A stretch of 64,000 nt of DNA from an uncultured beta proteobacterium. GTDB lineage: Bacteria > Pseudomonadota > Gammaproteobacteria > Burkholderiales > SHXO01. Under the pieces are notes generated by a model. It did not search any database. It was not told the DNA's origin and saw nothing but the letters and a program-made list of their open reading frames with translations. The stretch lies in the NCBI GenBank assembly GCA_963772865.1, contig CAVYZA010000034.1, forward strand, positions 291,550 to 355,549. The letters run 5' to 3'. Shown here in pieces: positions 28,701-38,128 of the stretch. The position numbers were made by a program, and so were the translations under genes. How positions within the stretch are numbered: position 1 is the stretch's first letter; the number at the start of each line of letters is the position of its first letter.

Positions 28701-30341
28701 GCCATTGACATCTATCGCCACGGCCGGGTGCTGCTGTTCGCCGGCGGTGGTGCTGTTGACGCGGAACTCGCTGCCTTGTGCAACGCCGGAGGCGTTGTAG
28801 CGCTGCGCATAGATGCCGCTGCTGCTGGCGGCGTCCTGGCCGAAGCTTCTCCAGACCACCACGTAGTCACCATCGGGCGCCATGGCCACCGATGACCAGT
28901 CCTGGTCACCGCTGGTGGTGGTGTTTACGCGTACTTCGCCGCTCAGAGCAGCGCCTGCCGCGCTAAAGCGCCGCATCCATACGCCCGAGCCGGTGGCATC
29001 GGCGTTGGAGAAGGTGACGACGAAGTTGCCCGCCGCGTCCATCGCCACGCTGTCGGGCCACTGGTTGCCAGTGGTGGTGGTGTTGACGGCAATCTGTCCA
29101 CCCTGCGCAACACCGGAAGCGTTGTAGCGCTGAGCGTAGACACCTTCGAGGTCGCCATCTTGACCGGCGCTCGCCCAGACCACCACGAATGCACCACTGG
29201 CGTTCATGGCGATAGTCGGGTTGTCTTGAGCGTTGGCGGTAGTACTGTTTACTCGGAACTCCGAGCTCAGCGCAGTGCCCGCAGCATTGTAGCGGCGGGC
29301 ATAGATCCCCGTGCCACTGCCGTCCTGGTTGTTGCTCCGCCACGCCACCACGAAGTTGCCGCTGGCGTCCATCGCCACCGTGGGCGAATCCTGCGAGTCT
29401 GCAACCGTCTGGTTGACCCGCGTTTCGGCGCCTTGCGCCACACCGCTGGCGTTGTAACGCTGGAAGAACACGCCGTTCGTGTCACCGGTGCCTTCGCCGG
29501 TCCACACCGCCACGTAGTTGCCGTTCGCGTCCACCGCCACAACTCGCGGCGGGGCAAACGCGTTGGTGTCCTGAGCGCCCGTGGTGGTGGTGTTGACCTT
29601 GGTCTCGCCTCCCACCGCGACGCCCTGTAGAGTGGCGTTCCAATCCAGGACCACCGACTGGCTGAACACGATCGATGTGTCGATCTGTCCCGCGTGGAAC
29701 TCGAGATCCCAGTCGCCGCCGAGCTTGGCGTTGCCCGTCAGGTCGTCGCTTGCGGCGACGTCCGCGCCGGTCAGCCGGGCTAGTGCCTCGACCAGCGAGC
29801 GGCCGTTGTCGGTTTGCGCGACGTTGCAGCCATAGATCAGGATGTCGGCGTCGGCGGTGAGCGCCGCGCCCCAGCTCTTGATCTTCGCGCCGTTCTTGAG
29901 CAGGGAGTCGAAGTCCAGGCTGGTCTTGCCCAGCTGCACCGACCCGTCCGCGCCATGGGAGACGAGGTGGACGGCGCTGACGTCATCGCGGCCAGCCAGC
30001 GTCTGGGTGATCTGGGCGACGCCGTCCTTGCCGTCATCGAGCAGCACCACCTCGATGTCGCGCCCACTGCCCTGGGTGCGGATGTCTGCGATCAGCTTCT
30101 CGTAATCGGGCGTCGCCGTTTCCACGAATACGATCTCGTGGCGACTTGCCTGGACCTTCTGCGCGGAGGTCTGGTTGAACTCGCCGCTGGGGTCGACGGT
30201 GCGCTGCTCGGCCTGGACGTCTAAGCCGGTATCGGGCACGAGTGCCGGCGCGAAGTCGGCCGAGTACAAGATGCGCGGCTCGATCTCCTCGATCCGAGGC
30301 CCTCGCACTTGACGCTGCTGTCTTGCCGCTTTCCTGCTCAT
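23460..30341 (-). CDS. Giant locus A, fragment 1 (2,293 codons)
   Basis: Starts MSRKAARQQRQVRGPRIEEIEPRILYSADFAPA. The DUF4347-type block reads HEIVFVETATPDY...VHLVSHGADGSVQLG...ILIYGCNVAQ...GADVAASDDLTGNAKLGGDWDLE. About 8 repeats follow of the form E.RVN.TT.G.Q..P.VA....G.FVVVW. Next come ISLREAI plus NNTIGG-type beta-helix turns. The DUF2341/LamG region has WWNTSWSQRKQLTF, DLRFVDSNGTLLAHEIESW and IWMYYGN. The 135-aa repeats follow. Confidence 0.85.
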   Translation of the reverse strand: MSRKAARQQRQVRGPRIEEIEPRILYSADFAPALVPDTGLDVQAEQRTVDPSGEFNQTSAQKVQASRHEIVFVETATPDYEKLIADIRTQGSGRDIEVVLLDDGKDGVAQITQTLAGRDDVSAVHLVSHGADGSVQLGKTSLDFDSLLKNGAKIKSWGAALTADADILIYGCNVAQTDNGRSLVEALARLTGADVAASDDLTGNAKLGGDWDLEFHAGQIDTSIVFSQSVVLDWNATLQGVAVGGETKVNTTTTGAQDTNAFAPPRVVAVDANGNYVAVWTGEGTGDTNGVFFQRYNASGVAQGAETRVNQTVADSQDSPTVAMDASGNFVVAWRSNNQDGSGTGIYARRYNAAGTALSSEFRVNSTTANAQDNPTIAMNASGAFVVVWASAGQDGDLEGVYAQRYNASGVAQGGQIAVNTTTTGNQWPDSVAMDAAGNFVVTFSNADATGSGVWMRRFSAAGAALSGEVRVNTTTSGDQDWSSVAMAPDGDYVVVWRSFGQDAASSSGIYAQRYNASGVAQGSEFRVNSTTAGEQQHPAVAIDVNGNFMVVWASQNQDAAGTWGIYKQEYNADGTANGGEVRVNSTTAGDQLSPAVAMNSVGQTVVAWAGNGTGDGSGVFFQRYATALVVDTVSNAYDSSFASGTVTISQLLSDKGTDGKISLREAIFAANNTANANANSPDRIYFNIAGAGPHTIALSSALPNIVDAVIIDGTSAPDFAGTPVVELNGIGAGASAGLTLAAGSSGSTIKGLVINRFAQEGILISASSNNVIKGNFLGTSAAGTVGLGNLVGVSIILGSTNNTIGGTTAADRNIISANTVDGIQIRNAGTSSNVVLGNYIGLDVTGAVDLGNTNQGVAIFGSATNNTIGGTAAGAGNVMSGNNGEGVRITGSGTTGNVVLGNLIGTNAAGTAAIANSRQGVWIDNAAANNTIGGTGAGAGNTIAYNALDGVALSATAGTGNAVLGNAIFSNGDLGIDLLDNGVTANDGAKTAGQPNQLMDFPVIQTASLNGTTLTLAGYIGTASGDTDFAGARVEFFKSADAAGTNGEGQVYLGFLTANASGNFSGSLTVSGLALGDRVTATATDGSNNTSEFGVNATVAGTAPVATNDAYSVNEEGTLTIPQASSWWNTSWSQRKQLTFDNSGQAENLTNFAVLVELDSTRINYALTQNAGQDLRFVDSNGTLLAHEIESWNESGTSYVWVSVPQIDASSGSDYIWMYYGNAAAPDTQNATAVWDAGFSGVWHLNTDEQDSAGTNDGINSNSTNGAGVIASGQNFNGTNAQVYTTTQFSNPQQYTIEAWFRTSSAAGRKILGFETNQTGTASPDWDRHLYVGTDGRLYFGSYYQPTDSEDVANSTTNYADGAWHYAVGVRNDGTDTLSLYVDGVLVDTSPNASSENYNGYWRLGGYKTNGWPNGTDGYYNGSIDEARVSTQVRSAAWIKAQYLSMTDAFVGFSAAQGIGVLGNDSDPNGDALTAVLVGGPSNAASFTLNANGGFTYTPTANFSGTDTFTYRANDGTNNSNLATVTITVNPVNDAPTATITPISYAATEQASLTLHGTGLSIADVDAGGGSVTATLSVVSGTLTVTAGTTGAAVSGSGTNSVTLTGTLTQINNLLAGNLSATASYVINSNTPPASDTLTLLANDGGNTGSGGAKTGSDTATINISAVNDAPTATITPATYAATEQTSLTLHGTGLSIADVDAGSASVTATLSVVSGTLTVTAGTSGAAVSGSGTNSVTLTGTLTQINNLLAGNLSGTASYIISSDTPPASDTLTLLANDGGNTGSGGAKTGSDTATINISAVNDAPTATITPATYAATEQTSLTLHGTGLSIADVDAGSASVTATLSVVSGTLTVTAGTSGAAVSGSGTNSVTLTGTLTQINNLLAGNLSGTVTYIISSDTPPASDTLTLLANDGGNTGSGGAKTGSDTATINISAVNDAPTATITPATYAATEQTSLTLHGTGLSIADVDAGSASVTATLSVVSGTLTVTAGTSGAAVSGSGTNSVTLTGTLTQINNLLAGNLSGTVTYIISSDTPPASDTLTLLANDGGNTGSGGAKTGSDTATINISAVNDAPTATITPATYAATEQTSLTLHGTGLSIADVDAGSASVTATLSVVSGTLTVTAGTSGAAVSGSGTNSVTLTGTLTQINNLLAGNLSGTASYIINSDTPPASDTLTLLANDGGNTGSGGAKTGSDTATINISAVNDAPTATITPATYAATEQTSLTLHGTGLSIADVDAGSASVTATLSVVSGTLTVTAGTTRCGGIGLGHQQRDPDRDADPDQQPAGR

Positions 30342-30742
30342 CGCACACCCCAGTGTCTGCGCTCGCGCCGCTGCTGCGCGCTAGCCTTTGCGATCCTTCA
30401 CAATTCCTGACGGACACCGTCAGCCCGTCGTGCGGGTGCCCCGCAGCGACCGGCTAGTGACCGCGCTCCGGTTGACGATTCGCTCGGCCAAGCGCCGAGG
30501 ATTCAGGTCCTTGGCGTCCTGCGCGCGCGATTTGTCAACCGAGGCGGCGCGCCGTTGCTGCGCGCGCAGCCTACAAGTGCATAGCGTGCAAGGACTTTGC
30601 CTGCGAGGCCAAGCAGTTCACAAGGGGCGTAGCGTGCCATGCATGCGCGCGGCATCGGCGCGGCCGGGAGGGCGATATGTCGAGGCGATGTGCTGGTGCG
30701 GGTATGCGAGCGATGCGAGGGCGGGCTGACTAAAACTCCGGG

Positions 30743-30829
30743 CTAGCCATCCGGCTGATTCGAGTACAGGATGCCTGGCTCGATCTCCTCGACCACGGGG
30801 CGGCGTTTCCTTGCAGGCCCGGCCTTCAT
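30743..30829 (-). CDS. 28-codon mini-ORF encoding only the giant-protein leader motif (leader-only peptide or 5' gene remnant)
   Basis: Runs from the ATG at 30829 to the TAG at 30745..30743: MKAGPARKRRPVVEEIEPGILYSNQPDG. A possible SD (agaagg) lies ~9 nt upstream. It is too short for the ORF track. Confidence 0.4.
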   Translation of the reverse strand: MKAGPARKRRPVVEEIEPGILYSNQPDG

Positions 30830-31001
30830 CGTGAAGCCTTCTCTCGGAGCTTGCTACTATGTGTTGCGCCGGCCGAGGTTGACCTGATTTCACAGACTCC
30901 CTCGGCGAGCGGGGACGCGCGGGACGCACGTCGCACTGGCAACGATGCAGGGAGCCTGCCCAATGGCGAGCGTGTCTTCGCCTGCTCGCAGGAAATGAAG
31001 A

Positions 31002-31022
31002 AGGGCGGGTCAGACCCGCCCT
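31002..31022 (-). terminator. GC-rich hairpin, likely intrinsic terminator after the small HlyD-type gene
   Basis: GGGCGGG-tcaga-CCCGCCC at 31003..31021. It is followed on the minus strand by ttcttcatttcc and on the plus strand by tttgtctcc. Confidence 0.5.
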
Positions 31023-31214
31023 TTGTCTCCCGGCCGCACGGCGCCCGCAGCCGCGCGCTGGCCTCGATTACTTCGACGGCGCTGCGGCCACTGATGCCTT
31101 GGTCACCGGCTTGTGCGTCGGCTCTTCCGGGAGCGGTCTGCTCGCCGCGTCCTTCGAAGGTGGCGGCAACACCGGCTGCCGGCTTGCCGGCGGCATCCTT
31201 CACGGCCGGCGCGA

Positions 31215-32054
31215 CTACCCGGCGCCGGCTTGGCGGCCGTTGTCGGCGGTGGACATGCCCTCGAACTCGAGCTTGCAGCGCAGGCCCGGGGGCAGCGCGT
31301 TGTCCGGATTGGGCAGCTCGAGACGCACCCGGAAGCTGTTGCTCGCGGCATCGATGACGCGGTCCACGACGATGACATTGGCGGTGCGCACTTCGGCATC
31401 GACCATGTCTGGCTTGACCGTGGCGACCATGCCGGTCTTGATCTTGCTGAAGTAGCTGGACGGCACGATCACTTCGACACGCAGCGGGTCGATGGTCGCT
31501 ACCTTCACTAGCGCCTTCTCCTCGACCCGTTCGCCTTCGGACAGGTACTTCTCCACCACCACGCCGCTGAGTGGGCTGCGGATCGTGCGCTGGTTCATCT
31601 GCGCGTTCGCCAGCGCCAGCTCGTGCTTGGCCTGGCGCTGCGACTCGCGCGCCTGGCGCAGCCGCATCTCCGCGACTTCCGCTTCGGTGACGGCCTGATC
31701 CCGGATCTGCTGCGCGACGAAGTTCTTCTGATACAGGTCCTGAGTCCGCACGCGCTTCTTTTGCGCGAAGTCGTGATTGGACGCGGCAGCCTGCAATTCC
31801 GCGTAGGACTCGGCTCGCACTTTTGCTGAGGCTACTGCGGCACGCTCGACATCCTGATTGAGCAGGACCAGCGGTTGACCCTTCTTGACGAAGTCGCCGC
31901 GCTCCACCATCACCTGGTCGATCACGCCCACCACTTGAGCGCCGACCTCGGCTTCCTGGAAGGGTTGAATCAGACAACCCAGTGGCTCGGCGCGAACCAG
32001 GGCAGCGCCGCACAACACTGCGCCGGTCGCGCAGAGCATGATCAGTCGTGCCAT
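31215..32054 (-). CDS. Small HlyD/membrane-fusion-type periplasmic adaptor protein
   Basis: ORF 31215..32153. An internal ATG at 32054 gives the signal peptide MARLIMLCATGAVLCGAALVRA. It has a lipoyl-like hairpin (VERGDFVKKGQPLVLL ... IRSPLSGVVVEKYLSEGERV), a coiled-coil segment and a beta-barrel segment. Confidence 0.8.
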   Translation of the reverse strand: MARLIMLCATGAVLCGAALVRAEPLGCLIQPFQEAEVGAQVVGVIDQVMVERGDFVKKGQPLVLLNQDVERAAVASAKVRAESYAELQAAASNHDFAQKKRVRTQDLYQKNFVAQQIRDQAVTEAEVAEMRLRQARESQRQAKHELALANAQMNQRTIRSPLSGVVVEKYLSEGERVEEKALVKVATIDPLRVEVIVPSSYFSKIKTGMVATVKPDMVDAEVRTANVIVVDRVIDAASNSFRVRLELPNPDNALPPGLRCKLEFEGMSTADNGRQAGAG

Positions 32055-32209
32055 TGTCACTTTCCTTTGACGTTGCGGTTGCATGGTGTTTCTCATGCAC
32101 GTCACAATGCAAGGACCGGGCCGAGCTCGAGGCGCACGAGCTGGTGAGATCATCAGCTTGTCACGCTACGCGTGGGACCCGTCATCGGACGAATTCCCAT
32201 CACCCGGCA

Positions 32210-32401
32210 GGCTCCCACCACCCCGTCACGCTGCGCGTGCCACCCCTCCTCGGGGAGGCTCCCACCACCCCGTCACGCTGCGCGTGCCACCCCTCCTCGG
32301 GGAGGCTCCCACCACCCCGTCACGCTGCGCGTGCCACCCCTCCTCGGGGAGGCTCCCACCACCCCGTCACGCTGCGCGTGCCACCCCTCCTCCGGGAGGA
32401 G
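32210..32401. repeat. Intergenic 48-bp tandem repeat x4, followed by three GC-rich hairpins (to about 32470)
   Basis: The unit ggctcccaccaccccgtcacgctgcgcgtgccacccctcctcggggag starts at 32210, 32258, 32306 and 32354. Downstream hairpins are cccctcct/aggagggg, ccccgcctc/gaggcgggg and ggcgcgc/gcgcgcc. Confidence 0.9.
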
Positions 32402-32648
32402 GGGAGGATTGGTTTCTCCCCGCCTCTCACGAGGCGGGGTGGCGCGCACAGCGCGCCGGGGCGGTGTGGTGTGGCTTGGTTTTTAACAGCTGGACCGCGG
32501 GGCAAGAAGGACACGGTGGACACGGGGAAGATCGCGACCGCGGCCTGCACGGACACGCTTCGATCTCCAGTGCTGAGCGCTCGGCTTTTCTCGAGCGCCC
32601 GCTTTTCTGCCGTGTCCTCCGTGTTCTCCCTGCCTTGCGATCCGGGCG

Positions 32649-34475
32649 CTACGCTGCGGCCTGCGGCAAACTCCTGCGCACGAGCTGAGCGAACTGCTCC
32701 GCGGGCGCAGGACGGCTGCATAGGTAGCCTTGAAACTCGTTGCAGCGGCGCTGCGCCAGGAACTGCAGCTGCTCCTTGGTTTCGACGCCCTCCGCCACCA
32801 CGTTCATGCCGAGCTCGCGGCCCAGCACGAGGATGGCGCCGACGATCGCGCTGTTCTGCCGCTCCCCGGGGACGCCGCGCACGAAGGTGCGGTCGATCTT
32901 GAGCTCGTCGATGGGGAAGCGGCTCAGGTAGGTGAGCGACGAGTAGCCGGTGCCGAAGTCGTCCACCGACAGGCGCACCCCCATCTCCTTGATCTCGTGC
33001 AGCGTGGAGATGGTGTCTTCGCCGTCGTCCATCAGCATGCTCTCGGTCAGCTCCAGACACAGAAGCTGCGGCGGAATCCGGCTTCTCTCCACCGCGCCGC
33101 GCACCGCGTGCCAGATGGTGCCGCTCTTGAACTGCGGCACCGCCACGTTGACCGAGACCGACAGCTTGGGCAGTCCCTGCTGGTGCCACGCCGCCACCTG
33201 TGCACACGCCGTGCGCAGAACCCACTGGCCGATCTCGACGATGAGCCCGGTCTCCTCGGCGATGGGGATGAACTTGTCGGGTGACAGGATGCCGAGATCG
33301 GGATGCTTCCAGCGCAGCAGCGCCTCCGCACCGGTGATCCGTCGGGTAGCGATCTCGACCTTGGGCTGATAGAACAGCACGAATTCGCCCTGGTCGACCG
33401 CCTTGCGCATCTGCCCTTCCAGCGTCATGCGCTCGGTGGCATGCGCGTTCATCTCGTTCGAGAAGAACGTGTAGGTCTTGCGCCCGCGCTGCTTGGACTG
33501 ATACATGGCGACTTCGGCGTTTTTGAGCAGCGTGTCGGCATCCTCGCCATCCCCAGGCGACACGGCGATGCCGATGCTCGCGCTCATCCGCAGCTTGTGG
33601 CCGTCCACGTCGAACGGCTCGGACAGCGCGTTCTGGACGCGCCGCGCCATGGCGGTGGCATCGTCCACCTTGGTCAAGTTGTGCAGATCGGGCAGCAGCG
33701 CCGCGAAGCCGTTGCCGCCGATGCGGGAAAACCCTACAGGCGCTTCACGCCCGGTCGCATGCGACGGCTTGAACGAGGCGAACACGGTTTCCAGGATCTT
33801 GGCAACGCCGGCCAACAGGTGGTCGCCGACGCGATGACCCAGGGAGTCGTTCACCTGCTTGAAGCGGTCCAGGTCGATGTGCAGCAAGCTGCAGGCGCGC
33901 GACGAGGTGGCAGCGCTGCGGGCGAGCGCAGATTCGACTTCGACGCGGAACTTCTTGCGGTTGGGCAGGCCGGTCAACGGGTCGGAGTCCACCAGGCGGT
34001 CCTGGTAGGCTTTGAACGCGAGCGCGTTGCGCAGGCGCAGGCGCAGCTCGCTCGGGTCTACCGGCTTGGTCAGCAGATCGGTGGCCCCCAGCTCCAGCGC
34101 TTTCAGCTTGGCGGTCGGATCGCTCTCCGCGGTCAGTATGATCACCGGCGTATAGCGCAGCTCCTCGTGCCCGCGCACTTCCGCCAGGATGTCGAAGCCC
34201 GACACCTCCGGCATCATCAGGTCCAGGAGCAGAATGTCCGGGCGATGCTGCACGAACAGTCCCATCGCCTCCTTGGGCTGGCTGGTGGTGATGAAGCTCA
34301 CGTAGCCCGCCTCTTCCAGGTAGGTCTGTACCACCTCCAGCATCAACGGATCGTCGTCCACCATCATCACGGTGGAGGTCCGCAGCGATGTGAAGGCCGT
34401 CCGGGTGCCGGCCGTGGAGGCCGGGGAGCCGAGCTGGGCGGCCACTCTGGTCGGGATGCTCTCTGCGCTGTTCAT
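32649..34475 (-). CDS. Response regulator REC + degenerate GGDEF (GGNGF) + EAL c-di-GMP phosphodiesterase
   Basis: The REC domain reads VMMVDDDPLMLEVV...ILLLDLMMPEVSGFDIL...TKP. The GGDEF position reads RIGGNGFAALL. The EAL motifs are intact: GAEALLRW, ELTES, DDFGTGYSSL, KIDRTFV, EGVET, QGYL. Confidence 0.9.
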   Translation of the reverse strand: MNSAESIPTRVAAQLGSPASTAGTRTAFTSLRTSTVMMVDDDPLMLEVVQTYLEEAGYVSFITTSQPKEAMGLFVQHRPDILLLDLMMPEVSGFDILAEVRGHEELRYTPVIILTAESDPTAKLKALELGATDLLTKPVDPSELRLRLRNALAFKAYQDRLVDSDPLTGLPNRKKFRVEVESALARSAATSSRACSLLHIDLDRFKQVNDSLGHRVGDHLLAGVAKILETVFASFKPSHATGREAPVGFSRIGGNGFAALLPDLHNLTKVDDATAMARRVQNALSEPFDVDGHKLRMSASIGIAVSPGDGEDADTLLKNAEVAMYQSKQRGRKTYTFFSNEMNAHATERMTLEGQMRKAVDQGEFVLFYQPKVEIATRRITGAEALLRWKHPDLGILSPDKFIPIAEETGLIVEIGQWVLRTACAQVAAWHQQGLPKLSVSVNVAVPQFKSGTIWHAVRGAVERSRIPPQLLCLELTESMLMDDGEDTISTLHEIKEMGVRLSVDDFGTGYSSLTYLSRFPIDELKIDRTFVRGVPGERQNSAIVGAILVLGRELGMNVVAEGVETKEQLQFLAQRRCNEFQGYLCSRPAPAEQFAQLVRRSLPQAAA

Positions 34476-34491
34476 GTGTGGTGTTCCAGGC

Positions 34492-36989
<2,498 letters not shown>

Positions 36990-36993
<4 letters not shown>

Positions 36994-37520
36994 GCGGTCA
37001 CCTCCGTGCCTTCAGTTTGAGCCTCGCCGACAGCGTCGCTCTCGACAGGTGGCGCCGGCTCCTCGGCCACTGCACCTTTGCCTGTAAGGCCGCCCAGCAG
37101 CGCATCGCGGGCTTTCCCGAACAGCTTCTCCAGCGGGTCTTCCTCGAATCCGTCCTCGTCGTCGGAGTCGCCGCCGCGCGCCAGCACCGGCATGGGGTCC
37201 ACCGCGTGCCACGCCGGCATCGACGACAGCAGGCTCGACAGCAGCAGCCCGCCGCGCAGCAGCCAGATCACGTACCCGACCGACAGGCTGCCGGTGACCG
37301 CCACGCTGGAGACCACCAGATTGCCTTCGACTTCGATCTTGCCGTCGATCTGCTTGCGCATGTGATCCAGCTCGCCGACCCACTCGGCGTTGCGCAACGT
37401 GCTGGTCACCGCTTCCATCGAGCCGGGGCCAAAACGCTCGATTCCGGGCCCGGTTGCCATGCTGATGCCGATCGAGGCAGTTTCCAGGCCAGTGGCTGCC
37501 GCCGCGCCAGGCGGCGCCAC
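36990..37520 (-). CDS. Giant locus B, C-terminal fragment (conserved TM module + acidic tail)
   Basis: ..[69 protein letters not shown].. It is homologous to the C-terminus of locus A. Confidence 0.8.
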
Positions 37521-38128
37521 CCTGCAGCCGAGAACTGCTGCACGGCGTCGCCCTGCGCGCTCAGCTGCGTGGAGGCTGTTCGCCCGCTGCCCGTGTCGGC
37601 GAGCACAATGCGCAGCTCGGCTGCACGCGTCGCGGCGCTGCTTGCGGCCGCCGTGATGGTCGTAGTCGCTGCTTCGGGCGCGATCTCGCCTTGCGGCGGC
37701 GGAGCGGCCTGGCTGCTCGAGCTGTCGTCCGACTTGCCGCCGTCATCGCTCGAATCCGACCCGCCGCCACCGGGGTCTGCCGGTTTCACAACCGGCTCCG
37801 GGGGTGGTGGTGGTGGCGGCGGCGGTGGTGGCGGCGGCGGCGGTGGTGGAGGCGGCGGTGGGGCCGCGATCGTCATGCTCATCGTGAACGGGCCAACGCT
37901 CGCGCCCGCGCCATCGCTGAGCGTGAGCGTCAATCCGTCCGTCCCGCCTGCCGCACCCGTGTGAACGTAGCGCACCAGGCCGTTCGTGACATCCGCTTGC
38001 GTGAACGTGCCGTTGACTCCCAGCGGCGTGCTCGCCACGTATAGCGTGCCCGTGCTCGGAGGCACGGTCACGGTGTAGGTGAGCTGCGTCGGTCCCTCTT
38101 CTATGTCGGTCGCCTGAAGCATGCGCAC
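37406..38128 (-). CDS. Giant locus B, fragment 7 (cadherin-like domain, 21xPro, acidic/Ser-rich linker)
   Basis: LQATDIEEGPTQLTYTVTVPPSTGTLYVASTPLGVNGTFTQADVTNGLVRYVHTGAAGGTDGLTLTLSDGAG, then P21, then ADPGGGGSDSSDDGGKSDDSSSS. Confidence 0.75.
   Translation of the reverse strand: MRMLQATDIEEGPTQLTYTVTVPPSTGTLYVASTPLGVNGTFTQADVTNGLVRYVHTGAAGGTDGLTLTLSDGAGASVGPFTMSMTIAAPPPPPPPPPPPPPPPPPPPPPEPVVKPADPGGGGSDSSDDGGKSDDSSSSQAAPPPQGEIAPEAATTTITAAASSAATRAAELRIVLADTGSGRTASTQLSAQGDAVQQFSAAGWRRLARRQPLAWKLPRSASAWQPGPESSVLAPARWKR

Larger units (their letters stand above)
13566..30341 (-). other. Giant protein locus A (reconstructed, about 5,500 codons, at least 12 frame interruptions): leader, DUF4347, propeller-like repeats, CSLREA beta-helix, DUF2341/LamG, 7x135-aa repeats, DUF2341/LamG, 8x135-aa repeats, 10x93-99-aa repeats, cadherin-like domain, Pro-rich linker, C-terminal TM module
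   Basis: Consecutive minus-strand ORFs 23460..30341, 16358..23509, 15519..16412, parts of 14941..16701, 14934..15203 and 14807..15040, and 13566..14885 continue the same repeat series across single-nt frame changes. The true stop is uncertain (13566, or TAA at 13733 in another frame). Confidence 0.8.

Noticed and set aside
30826-32112. 428-aa minus ORF, and the open frame between the adaptor stop (31215) and the terminator (31003..31021), which reads AVKDAAGKPAAGVAATFEG..
   Set aside because: The 428-aa ORF is an alternative frame of the HlyD-type gene, with an Arg-rich translation. The ~180-bp tail could be a frameshifted low-complexity C-terminus of the adaptor, but I cannot support that without homologues.
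32048-32902. Pro/Arg-rich ORFs spanning the 48-bp repeat (PPPRHAARATPPRGGSHHPVTLRVPPLLGEA..)
   Set aside because: They are open in three plus-strand frames only because of the tandem repeat. There is no start context, and they are antisense to the flanking operon direction.
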